DNA of 64,000 nucleotides from Camelus ferus (Eukaryota). The position numbers and the translations under genes are program-made. Below are positions 24,481-36,285 of the stretch, in pieces. Location of the stretch: positions 101,558,001-101,622,000 of the forward strand of contig NC_045696.1 of NCBI RefSeq assembly GCF_009834535.1, written 5' to 3'. A model generated the notes under the pieces. That model was given only the letters and a program-made list of their open reading frames with translations, was not told where the DNA came from and did no database searches. The stretch's first letter is position 1. Every line of letters starts with the position of its first letter.

Positions 24481-27400
24481 TTGTCATTTATTTTTTAATT
24501 ATTAGAGAACTGCTTTAATGGGACAAGGACTTGCTAGTAATGGCAGAAGAAGGCATGTTTGCTAATATTTTTAAACTTCATTTTTACAAGCATTTACATG
24601 GATTCTGATTTTTGTTTTTAAGTATTTTTTATTGATTGATATTTTGTTTAACCTATTCAAACCTTTGACAACATCCTGTGTATTTAAAAATAAAGTGAGA
24701 ATCAGTTGCAAACATATCTTAGAATCACTAGATGCAAATATGGCTAGGAGACAAAAAATAAACCTTGATTTTACATGCCTATGTCTGAAAAATTAAGATG
24801 ACCTCATGGAAAATCAGGCAGCATGACCTATAAGAAATCAGAGGAAAGGCCTAAAAAGTATTTTAAATATGTTGGTATTGTTATTCTGTCCCCGAACCTC
24901 TTCAAATGCGCAAGGTTGTGGTTTTTAATTTTCATTTTTATTATTTCATCTTCGGATGTGAAAAGCCACAAATCTACCTTCTTACCATATCTTCTAAGTC
25001 TAGTTATCACAGGAAGCATTAGAGAAGTAGACACTTTTGACACAGGAGACAGAACCATGGCAAGTTTAGGAGATCATATGGAATTTGTCTGGATCGCATG
25101 ATAGTTCTTTGGAAAACCATTTGCAATATTTGATTGCACACAGTTAAGTTACAGCCTAATACTTCTCCAAAAATGGGATAGAAAAGGCTGTGCATTTTTT
25201 CTTTAACCCACGAGTATATCGACAACAGGTATAAATTGAACAAAGGGGAAATTATTTTTAAGAATACAAAGGAGTTATCCCCATTTCCTCAGGCCACACC
25301 AGCCTGGAGGAAGAAATGATGTCCCAGTGTTAGTAATAAATACCACTATTCTGCATTTCATTCCCCAATGTGTGAGGAAATCTTTCAGTTCTCAAAGCTA
25401 CCTCACACTTGCCTCCAACTCCCTTAAGAGCAGCACAGGCAAGCTTCCAAGCTTCCAAGCTTCCAAACCCTTCTCTCGGCAGCCACCAACTCCAGAAGCC
25501 TCAGCGGCTCCAAGTGGTACCTGATGCAGTCTCGCTCTCACCTGCTCTCCAGCATGAAGGAGGACAACGGGGTCCTGCCAAGACTGCGCCTCCCTGCTCC
25601 CTCAAGTGCCCATCTCCTGCCGGATGGGAGGTGGCTGAGGGCCTCTGCCACCGTCATGGCCTTGGGGTCCTCAGGGCACCTCACCTGGGCTATCTGGAGC
25701 CTGAGCTCACTTAAGCCAGAAGCACCTTTGCCAAAGTAAAGTTTGCCTCCCTCTGCCTCTACTGTTATCCTATTATCCTGACCCCCAAGAAAAGCTGCCT
25801 TTTGCTTCCAATACGGTATAGAGATGTGCAGAAAGATAGCTCTTTTTTGTTTGTTTGTTTTACTCATGTGCCATTTTCTGCCTAGAACTCAAGTGTGGAT
25901 ACATGACCACTGGACTAGCGTCACACACACTGTAATGTGTTAGAACCAACTCTTCCATCCAACGGCAAGACATGGCTACATGTCAGACCAAGCCCATGCA
26001 GCCAATTCTCTCCCCCATAGGATGAGGTTTTTCTACAGTATCTCTCAACTCCTGATGCAAAGGGACTCCTGGTATCCACCCCATACCCTGCCAGTGGTGC
26101 TCAAGTATTTCTGAGTCCAAATGAATACGTAGCTCAGATAAACCAATGCCCTCCCTCTAAAATATAGATGATATTTAATCTCCTGGAAAATCAGCAAAGA
26201 AAATATGCAATAAGTAATAATCCTATTTGATAAGCATTTGGTGGAAATTTACATAGAGCAGGGACCTGATGGTGCACAAAGCAGTGATTCATTTGTGAGG
26301 CTGGCTGATGTCATAAACCAGGAGAGGCGAGGAGGAGAAGTTTATGGGCAGTAGCAGTTGCTTCAGAGTAAATTACAGCTGTGTATTCATTCTGGGACAT
26401 TTACTACTTTCTCCCATAAATACAATTAATGTGCTGAATTTATTTTCAAAGCACAAAGCAGGGTTATAACTTATCTTAAAGTTTTTTCAGTGGAGAAGCA
26501 TATAAAACAACTTCAAAGGAAATTCTTTGGGACTGGCTTATTGAAGAATTGAACCAACATCTTCATTTTCCTTTTGGAGACCGTGGCACACGTAAGCAGA
26601 ATTTCCTTTCAGGATGTGGCACGTTTTCAAAAGCAACAGACAGAAACTAGATACTCAATTATGGTTTTCGGTTTTCTCTTTATCATTCCTGTCTTTCCCC
26701 CCAAAATCTGAATTTGACTTAAACATGGTGCTTTTTTTTTTTTTTTGAAGGAGCTTGTCATCATGAATAAAACATGCTTACAAGTAACTGTAAGCCATGG
26801 AAAGTTACTTCAATTCATTTTCAATTATCTAAAAATACACAGTTAAAAGGAAACATTCACAGAAGTTTACCTGAAGACTACAGGAATTTTCTAAGTTCTT
26901 TTAAAACTTTGCCTAGTCACCAAGGGGCCTAATTTGCACTAACTTTATATTCCATTGTCTTAAAAAAAAAAAAAAGAAAAGAGTGATTTATTTGCATTTA
27001 TCGAAAAGCTAATAAATACAGCAAAAGGAATTTCTTCCAATCTTCCAATCTCCCTTTCCCACACACATTCTCTTCTCTTTGTCTTTCACACAATCTCCGG
27101 ATTCATTCTACAGTGTTCCATCAAGAAGGGGAAAAATAGGCAGGTGGGGAATGGGTCCATCAGGCAGGCAATGGAGCATACAAGCGGGCCACTGACCAAG
27201 TACTTAAGCATCCAGATGAAACCACATGGCCGTAAATTACTGTCATTACTTTCTGAAAGTTCCCAAGATGGTGCAGGATTACCCATGCAATCATAATTAC
27301 AGAGCAAGCTGTAGTAATCATTAAACAAACACTGCAACTTATGCAGGCTTAAACAAACGCTTGTTTTCCTCACTGATGCTCATTTGCAATCCGGAATCAG

Positions 27401-27749
27401 CAAGTGGGAGGCAATAGCTCACCTTCAGTCTGTAGGAGTCAGAGAGAGAGTAATGCTCTCAATGGGCCATTCTTATTCTCACCAGCAATGGCATTTGGCA
27501 AACTTATATTTCAAAGTGATGAAATAAACAAGTAATCAAGGTAGCTCCAGGGACCATCCAGGAAAATTACTCAAGAAATTCAGTGAGGAATTCACAAATG
27601 TGAGTTACCATTGAAGAAAGGTTTTTCACTGGGCACACCCCTTCCAGATGATGTTTAACCTTCTTGGTTTTCATGAAGGGAAGTCAAATTGGAAAATTGA
27701 CATGAATGAGTAATTAGGTGGCAGGGTAACAATGTTTTATCTATTTTTT

Positions 27750-27935
27750 CCTTTTAATATTCACAACAACTCTCTATATAAAACAGCTTAATTGCCTCCA
27801 TTTTATCAAGGAGGAGAGTTAGGCTCCAAGTACTGTGGTTATTTACCATTTTTCATCACTGGTTCATGCCAGAACCACGATTCAGCACCAGGATTATCTA
27901 TTTGGAAGGCAATGCTTCCTCCACTGCGCTGTGCC
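27750..27935 (-). mobile_element. MIR SINE
   Basis: taatattcacaacaactct...ctccatttta...gccagaaccacgattc...tccactgcgctgtgcc. Confidence 0.6.
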
Positions 27936-29019
27936 AGTGATGGAAAATCTGGGAGAACTTTTCAACAGTAAAAAAAAAAAAAATGTTGAGTGGCATTTTA
28001 TTTAAGATTTTATTTTAAAGATGAGGCAATTTGCACAGATCCAATAAAACTTCGACTATTATTACAAACTTTTAAAAGCCAATCAATCCAGCCCATACCT
28101 GGAAGAACACAGGTGCAGATGTTTGCCACAGGCAAAAGCAAAACTTAAGTCTAAACACGACATTTATTTACACATCTTTATTGAGGGCTGATTTGCAAAA
28201 CACTCAGTCAGATGTTGGTGAAACAATGATGAATATGGCATGGTTTCCACACTCTTTGAGCTCAGAGGATGGTCGGGGAGATCACTGAAATACAAAAGAA
28301 CCAAGGCAGAGAGAAACTACAATTGGTGATGTACTTCTCAGTTTCTTAAGATGAACTCCTCTACTGACCTTCTCCACCTCAAACATTCATAGCCCCGAAG
28401 AGGGGAACAAGCAGCCATACACCCTTGTGAAAATGCTCACATTGTGAGAGGCGGTAAGAACCCCAACTCCAAGGTTCCAGGTAGACCTAAAGCATTGTGA
28501 AAGAGAAGAAGGATGAAGACCAGCTAATGATGAAATGCACCTGCACGAGTGCCACCTTAGATGCCAGCCTGCAGTAAGACAAAAATACCCCTCGGAGTCC
28601 AATCTCTATTTATTCCATCCCAGACCAGCCCAGGTAGCTGTCCCAGATCATGCACTGAAGAAGCCCAAGAAGCTGAGTGCTACAGTCACTTGGAGAAATA
28701 ACTGAATTTCCCTGGAACATAAATGTAGTCACTTCCAGCCCCACCCTAAGCTCTTCCTCCTCAATGATGTGACTCGTGGATGCTTGGTTGGCTTCCCCCG
28801 TCACTAGCCACGGGACACCCTGCAGCGCTGGACCACCTGCAGTTCCCAGAGAGACTGACGTGCTGCTGCTGCACCTTCCTGCAAGCCCTCTACGCTTATC
28901 TCGTCCTGTCCCAGTGTTTAAAAATGCAGTTCAGGCAACTCCAGCCTCAGTAAGAGCCTCCTAATTCCTCCAAAAGCGTATAGGTGCATCCGTATGATTT
29001 CATGTATGATATTATCCAA

Positions 29020-29475
29020 AACGCATTTGTAAACACTGAGGATTCAGCAGTGCACAAGGCAGACAGCTCTGCCTGCATAGAGTTTATATTACAAACAAAT
29101 AGGATCATTTCCAATATCGCTAAGTACCATGAGAGGTACTTAGGAGGGTTAATGATGCAGGAGGACATAATGGTGGGTAAGGGGCAGTGGTGGCCTGCTT
29201 CACCCAGGGCTCCCCTCAGGGCAGTGGTAGCTGAGCTGAACTGTGAAGTACAGGAGACTTCCAAATAAGAGGCAGTGGAAGGGCTAGTTTTTAGGCAATA
29301 GCCAAAACAAGTTTGAGTGCCACCTTACAGCATTTCTCAAATGGCATTCTAATTGCCTCCTGATGGCAGTCTGAAAATTTTGAGGGGAAGTTCTATATTT
29401 TATTCATCCTTGCATCACCAACATATCCCTTAGAACCTGGCAAATGGATATTCAATAAATGCTTGCTAAATGAAA
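29020..29475. mobile_element. LINE-2 fragments (minus ~29020-29330; plus-strand 3' tail ~29365-29475)
   Basis: ctctgcctgcatagagtttatatt; agaacctggca...attcaataaatgcttgctaaatgaa. Confidence 0.65.
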
Positions 29476-30489
29476 AACAACAAAAATATTCCTGGTCTTG
29501 AGGAAAAATTTACTTGAGTCTTTATATATGGAACACTGAACAGTATAATGGACAGACAATACCCTAATTCTGCAAATGTAATAGGATTGGTGTCTTGGCA
29601 GAGCAGGGACTATCGTGGCTTTGGTGTGCCAAGAATGACACATCCATCCTACATTTATTCCATGACATCTACTTATGTACACTGGGGGTTAGAAAACCTT
29701 CCAGAGGGAAACAAAAACAGCCTTCCACAAACTGCACTGATATTTGGACATATCAACCAGTCTAATGGACAAAGTCCATGAGAACACAGAAAGAAAACTT
29801 GCTCTAAGGGAGAAAAGTCTGGCTTCCAGTCCTCAGCCAAGGGATGCATGCCCAATGGGAGTGGTGGTTTCTGGCCATGAAAACCTGTCCTCGGCCAGTA
29901 ATTCCAGAGACCTGAGAGGAAGGGCTGTACACATGAGCTGAAGGTCCTCTCTCCCTGACCTCTGCACTTTGTCACCAATACACCCTGCTGTGGCAAACCC
30001 TAACAGCATGACACAGAGGGAGGAAGCGTTTCCTCTGCCTTTATGAAAGTTGAATGAACTGCCACAGTCAAGGTTAAGAACAGCATTGGGCCACATGACA
30101 CTCCAGGGGAACCAAAAGTAGCTTAGTTCATGGGAAGCGAGCCCCAACCCAGCCAAAGTGACAGCTCTGCCATGGAGACATCGGCTGTGGGGCTCTCTGG
30201 CTTGCCGGGGGTCACAGTAGGCAACAAGAAGATTGAATTTGTAAAGACACATTTGAGTCTCCTAAAGAATCCTGGGAATTCTTGGAGACAAGAAATTGTA
30301 CAAAGTATATTTTTATACCCAAGTATGTAGAGGTTTGTGAGTAATGAAGATAATGTTAAATCATGGTTCTGTAAAGGAAGTGGATGGGGGCAGTTATTCC
30401 TAGACTAAAACATGACTAGCTATTTCTAGCTTACTACGGAGTTGAAATTTAGAGAATCTTATAATTTAAATGACTAGTATTTCTTAAAC

Positions 30490-30760
30490 TAGTATTTTGC
30501 AGTAGATGAGAAGTGTATGGAAATGTATCTAAATCACTTAGGAAGTTTTCAAAACAAGTTTCCCTAGTTCTCCCTCTGACTATAATACTTACCTGCCCCC
30601 TACCCTCTACCCCATGATTCCACTGTACTCTCCCTTCCCAAAGAGCTGAGATGGGACATGTGTCTCTTTTTGTAAAATCCCCCTAGATGACTCTAATTTA
30701 TATATATATATATGTATCTCCTCTCAAAGCCATCTAGCTCTTGAACTGAGAACTGTCCTA
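30490..30760. mobile_element. Degenerate hAT-Charlie MITE (MER5/MER113-like)
   Basis: aaatcacttaggaag...aaaatcccctagatgactctaat...ctgagaactgtc. Confidence 0.4.
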
Positions 30761-30990
30761 ATCGCTCTCTAATATCAGTTAGGCTTTGACTAATACTGTG
30801 TAGGAAATCAGAGTTAGTTCCACTAGTTAAGTCCCTGAAAGACAAGTAAGTTGATCATAATGTTTCTGGCTGTGAGTAATTTTTTTAAAAAATGAAAATA
30901 TCTTAAAATCAAAGGATATGTATGATTGCACATAGAAATAATTCTGAAGATAGGGTGGCTCTAAGCCAACATTATCAAGAATGAAGAGTC

Positions 30991-31763
30991 CTATACTGTT
31001 GGTGGGAATGTAGTTTGGTGCAGTCATTATGGAAAACAGTATGAAAATTCCTTAAAAAACTGAAAATAGACTTACCCTATGATCCAGTAATCCCACTTTT
31101 GGGCATATATCCAGAGGGAGCTTTAATTTGAAAAGATACATGCACCCCAATGTTTACAGCAGCACTATTTACAATAGCGAAGATATGGAAGCAACCTAAA
31201 TGTCCATTGTCCAGTGACAGATGACTGGATAAAGAAGATGTGAGATTGTATATATATACACATACACATATACACAATGGAATACTACTCAGCCATAAAA
31301 AGAATAAGATAATGCCATTTGCAGCAACATGGATGCACCTGGAGATTGTCAAACTAAGTGACGTAAGCCAGAAAGAGAAAGAAAAATAGCATGTGATATC
31401 ACTTATATGTGGAATCTAAAAAAAAAAAAAAGAAAGAAATGACACAAATGAACTTATTTACAGAACAGAAACAGACTCATAGACATAGAAAACAAACTTA
31501 TGGTTACCAGCAGGGAAAGGGGATACAATGGGATAAATTAGGAGATTGGGATTAGCAGATGCTAACTACTACAAATAAAAAAAGATGAATAACAAGGTGG
31601 TACTGTATAGCACAGGAAACTATATTCAATACCTCGTAATGGCCTATAATGAAAAAGAATATGAAAAAAATATATGTATATATATATTCCTCATATATAT
31701 GAATCACTGTGCTATACACCAGAAATGAACACAACATTGGAAATGAATTATACTGTAATAAAA
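30991..31763 (+). mobile_element. 5'-truncated LINE-1 (lineage-specific) with TSD
   Basis: Well-preserved L1 ORF2 end and 3'UTR; 14-bp TSD aagaatgaagagtc (30977-30990) / aagaatgacgactc (31764-31777). Confidence 0.95.
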
Positions 31764-32066
31764 AAGAATGACGACTCTTTATCTTCTTCATCTGTGCCAT
31801 CCACAGCAAATCAGCTCATCCTCTTGGGCTGGCACCACATGATTTCAATATAGCTGTAACAGTTGCATGTTTTACAGGCAAACATAATACCTTCCAGAGG
31901 AAACAAAGGTGTTTCTTCTTGTAAACTTCCTTTTTAAAGCTGTCAGTGAGAAAAACCTCTCAGTAAACCCTCAGCTACATTTGCCTTAAAGGTTGACACA
32001 ACTCTGATGTTTTATCAAAGCATGGCACCAACCACTGAAGAGGGACAGCCCTGTGACTGGCTCTAC

Positions 32067-32200
32067 AGATGCTCACTGCTCATTAGAATCAGGGTAGAGC
32101 CCACATCCTGAGATCTGGATTTAATTAATTAAGTAGGGCGGGGCCTGAGCACTAGAGGTGTTTAAGTTCCCTAGATGACCCTGTCTTGTAGTTAAGGCTG
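32067..32200. mobile_element. MER5B-like MITE fragment
   Basis: cattagaatca...gcccacatcctgagatc...agggcggggcctgagca...agttccctagatga. Confidence 0.55.
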
Positions 32201-33371
32201 TATCAATCACAATTCACCCCTGGAACTGACATTTGTCATGCCTCAAACACCTGCCCACACAGAGGAAGTAACAGAATAAAAGCAGGGTTGTGTTAAGAAA
32301 GAGGAAGAGGAAAACGAACATTAGGAAGACCACAAACCATAAAACAGGTGTTCTGAATTGTTCCCTGAAAGAAAATCCATGAGGGGGTGAGCAATGGACT
32401 TAATTCCAAAGGTTACAAAAAAAAAAATTCCATTCAGATTTAGGGTTTATTTACATTTCTGATAACTGATCAACCAAACATTTTAAAATGCCTATAGTTT
32501 CCTCTATGAAGCTTTCTTCCAAATAAAAATGTTCTAACGTCTCTCCCTCTAAAAATAAAGTCACACTTTGAAACATTTAGGGATAGGTTTGATATCTGCT
32601 TCTGGCCACACGAGAGGACGACCTTACGGCCACCACCTTGGTGACCTCTAGGGAGAGCTCAAGTTTCCTCTTCACTGTCCCTGGGAGGCTCAGGGAGGAC
32701 TGGGGCTCACTGGGCCGTCAGAGTGAAGGAGGGGTGAAGGGTATGGAACTTTCAGTGCTCAAGGAAAGAGGATTAAGTTCCAGGTCTATGTGGAAGCAGT
32801 TTTCTCCCTTTGGAAGTCTCCTCAGAACTGTTTCTTGAAAACAGCCTTTATAAAATTGATGGAAAGAAGCCCAAGTCTAGAAGGTCTGTACAAATTTTCT
32901 GGAACAAAGGGACTTTCTGCTCCATTTCTTAGTGTGCTTTCCCTTCAGTCTACCTTTTCTTGCTATTAAGAGAACCCAGAGAGGGCTGAGACCGTGTGAG
33001 GGCTTAAAACGAAGTGGTTTTGAGGAGATCACCTACAACGCTACCCAGCTTTAGTTGTGACACTGAGGCTACCAATAAGCTAAAAGAGTCCTTCTGGCTC
33101 CTCATAATTTAGGTCAGTTTATAAAAGCTAAAGCTTGACACTGGGGTTTGGAGCCCCACCCTTCCTTGCCTGACCTATTTCTCACTCAGAAATTGCCTGT
33201 GGAATGAATGATGTGTCAGTACTAGGGCAGAATCGTGTTTGGAATCCTGGGTCCCCACCCTTTCCGAGTCTCTTCCATCTTAACGCAACTCCTGCTACCA
33301 CTTAGGTTGGCGATGAGAGAAGAGAAGGAAAAGGAGAGTAATAAACATTCAGGTTAAACAGTGATCTTGTT

Positions 33372-33802
33372 CACTGGCTTTGAAAACAGAGAGACACAAT
33401 TTCACGCCCTAGACCTAGTACTTCCTTAAGTGGCCTTAGAAAAGGTGCTTAAAATCTCTGACCTTTAATTTCCTCAGCTATAGAATAGGGATAGTAACAG
33501 CAGACACAGATAGTTACATTGAGGGCTAATTTCGATCAGTTGTTCTCAAACTGAGCACACATCAGAACAGCCCGGAGGAACTGTTGACCCCTGGGTTGCT
33601 GCGCCTCACTGCTAGAGTTTCTGACGCACAAGGCCTGTGACGGGGCCAAGGTTATGCATCTCTATTAAGTTGCCAGATGATGCTGATGCTGCTTGTCCAG
33701 AAACCAGGCCTTGAGAACCACTGATTAAGATCATGCAAGCAAGTGACTTAGCACAATTCTTGGGAAAGAGTAAGCAAGCAGTAAATATGTCTTAGCTATT
33801 AT
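33372..33802 (+). mobile_element. MIR SINE interrupted by MER5A
   Basis: ggctttgaaaacaga...cttaaaatctctgacctttaatttcctcagctatagaatagggatagtaacag; resumes at 33724 with gacttagcaca...gtaaatatg. Confidence 0.75.
33537..33723 (-). mobile_element. MER5A hAT-Charlie MITE
   Basis: TIRs cagttgttctcaa / ttgagaaccactg; degenerate 8-bp TSD atttcgat / attaagat. Confidence 0.88.
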
Positions 33803-33830
33803 CTTTAAGCTACATTTTGGCCTTATTCTT

Positions 33831-34520
33831 TTTCTTTTTTCTTTTTTTATTGAAGTATGGTCAGTCTACAATATTGTGTCAATTTCTGGGATACAGCATA
33901 ATAGTTCAGTCATACATACACATACACATTCGTTTTCATATTCTTTTTCATTATAGGTTACTGCAAGATACTGAATATAGTTCCCTGTGCTGTACAGTAG
34001 AAACTTATTGTTTATCTATTTTATATATAGTAGTTAGTATCTGCACATCTCAAACTCCCAATTTATCCCTTCCCACCCTCTTCCCCCACCTTAACCATAA
34101 GTTTGTTTTCTATGTCTGTGAGTCTGTTTCTGTTTTGCAAATAAGTTCATTTGTGTCTTGTTTTGTTTTTTTTTTGTTTTTTTGTTTTTTTGTTTTTAGA
34201 TTCCACCTATAAGTGATATCACATAGTATTTTTCTTTCTCTTTCTGACTTACTTCATTTAGTATGATGATCTCCAAGTCCTTCCACATTGCTGCAAATGA
34301 AATTATTTTATTCTTTTTTTATAGCTGAATAGTATTCCATTGTATATATACCACATTTTTCTTTATCCAGACATCTGTTGATGGATGTTTAGTTTACTTC
34401 CATGCCTTGGCTATTGTAAACAGTGCTGCTATGAACATTGGGGTGCATGTATCTTTTCGAATTAGAGTTCCCTCTAGATATACGCCCAGGAGTGGGATTG
34501 CTGGATCATATGGTAATTGA
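33831..34520 (-). mobile_element. 5'-truncated LINE-1 (same subfamily as the 30991 copy)
   Basis: Antisense L1 3'UTR/ORF2 end; TSD cttattctt at 33822-33830 and 34521-34529, followed by AA (L1 endonuclease-like site). Confidence 0.95.
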
Positions 34521-35009
34521 CTTATTCTTAATGCAAAAATTTATTATGTTTTAGAATTTTTAAAATGAAGCATATGTTCTACCATTCCTAATGCTGGCAG
34601 AGAGTTTGTGCTGACATTGTCAGTTATCTCTCATAATGTAATTACATCTACATGTCAAGGCACATGATAGGTTTTTGGTAATAGACTCTTCTCCTATGAC
34701 ATGTTTATTTGCCAATATGAGTGAGTTGGTAAATATATGTGTAGAAAATCCTACCTTGACTATTTCTTCACTCTGATGATTTCTGTGTTAGGAAATCTGA
34801 ACTCTCACTAAATTATTAGCCAATGTTGGCAGTTTCTTAAGCGATTGGGTTCTTCAGTACCTATCTCACAAGATAACCAGGTATCGTCTAAAGAATCCTG
34901 AGAAGCAACAGTTCTGCACAAACTGGGCTAAAAGGAATCATATCATTTTGGCTGTTCAATCATAATTTATCCCTCTCTACATCAGGGTTCAGTGAATTAC
35001 CCTTCCAGA

Positions 35010-36285
35010 TTAATAATAAGTTCCAAATGACACTCATACAGTCTTCTAAATACTTTCACATTTATTATTTTATCTGATCCATACAGCCTCACAGAGGTAG
35101 TTTTATCACCACTGTAGCCATCCCACAGATGAGCAAATGAAGATCTGGTCTGGTTGTAATTGAATAGTCTCATTTGCTAGATTCCTGGAAACCCAGATTT
35201 ACGTTCAACGTGTGCTTAGAATGGTTTCAGAATTTTTAAAAATCAGACATAAGATTTGAGATTTTTAAGCTTTTCATTTTTCATTTGACAATTTGTTTAA
35301 AACTGAAACACTAATACCTGTCTAGGATCAGAAATCAGAACACGTGTAGAAAAAAAAAAAGAAAAAAAAATGAAAACCACACCCAGTCTAACCCACTCAA
35401 AGAGGACCGCTTTAGCATCCTGGTGCACAACTCCCTACACTCCCCCTCATTATCACACCATGTGCAAATCGAACTCTGAGGCTTTTGAAGTCACTGTTTT
35501 CACTTACAATATATTACGATCATCTTTCTACATTAACAAATCCAAATTTTTTTTATAGCATAGTGGTTCATTGTTTGAAAGCACCGTCGTGTTCTTAACC
35601 AGCTGAGTGCTAGGTGGTTTCCAACTTTTGGTTTGTCAAAGAGCACTCCATTGAACACTCTTGGAGCTCAGACCTTCCCACATCCTTAGTTATGTCCTCG
35701 GGGACAATTCCCAAAAGTGAAATTACTATGTCAAAGAGCCTGCACAGTTTAAGTCTTTTGATACATATTGCCAAAATGACCTTGAGAAAGGTTGTTCTAA
35801 ATTATTTGCCAGCCCTCAGCTCATGAGCACGGCACCTCCCCTCTTTTACTGTCATTGGACATTATTTATTTATTTGGCTACTGGTGGATATTCCCTGGCC
35901 AAAGCATCTGATATTCTGTACTTCCACAGAAGAAGCCTTGAAGCATTCAATAAAAGCACCTAAAAATCTCTTCTCATGACGAGCTTTGAGGATTGTGTGA
36001 AGAAAATCGATAAAACTTTTTCATCATTTAACCCTGATGTTTCAAACCTCCACCAATACCTTCGACTCCCCATTCCCACCTGCAATGGTCAGTCTTTACA
36101 ACGAGCCACACACTATTTTAAATCCTTTACTGTGTAAGTCATTTAATCCCACAGTATCCTCAATCTAAGAGGAGACTCCATTATCATCTGCTCTCTACAG
36201 ATGAGGAAATGGAGGCCCATCTTTGCCCAAGATCCCACTGGAAGTATGAGAAATGATATTTGAACCCACGTAATCAATCTTCAAG
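35010..36285 (-). mobile_element. MIR (~35010-35205), L1ME-like 3' (~35280-35870) and MIR (~36090-36285) fragments
   Basis: acagatgagcaaatgaag; aaaagtgaaattactatgtcaaag...atacatattgccaaaatg; tacagatgaggaaatggaggccca. Confidence 0.65.

Larger units (their letters stand above)
30900..32335 (-). mobile_element. Old MaLR LTR (MLT1J/K-like), split by an L1 and a MER5-type insertion
   Basis: ctgtgccatccacagc...aatatagctgtaacagtt...gagaaaaacctctcag...aaaagcagggttgtgttaagaaagaggaag. Confidence 0.6.

Noticed and set aside
24986..25140. Minus-strand donor ATG|GTAAGA with upstream ORFs
   Set aside because: No convincing acceptor, and all three frames contain a stop across the interval
25440..25466. 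(CAAGCTTC)3 tandem repeat
   Set aside because: Ordinary short slippage duplication; no spacers, not CRISPR-like
27423..27429. 7-nt microexon-like AG|ACTGAAG|GTGAGC on the minus strand
   Set aside because: Frame-shifting length, and the pyrimidine tract is just a short (GA)n repeat
29833..30252. Longest ORF in the track (139 aa)
   Set aside because: Non-ATG start, no recognisable domain or exon context; length expected by chance in a GC-richer patch
33817..34212. 131-aa ORF and similar ORFs at 11777-12180, 31077-31809, 53176-53436 and 57806-58060
   Set aside because: Antisense or off-frame translations of L1 3' ends
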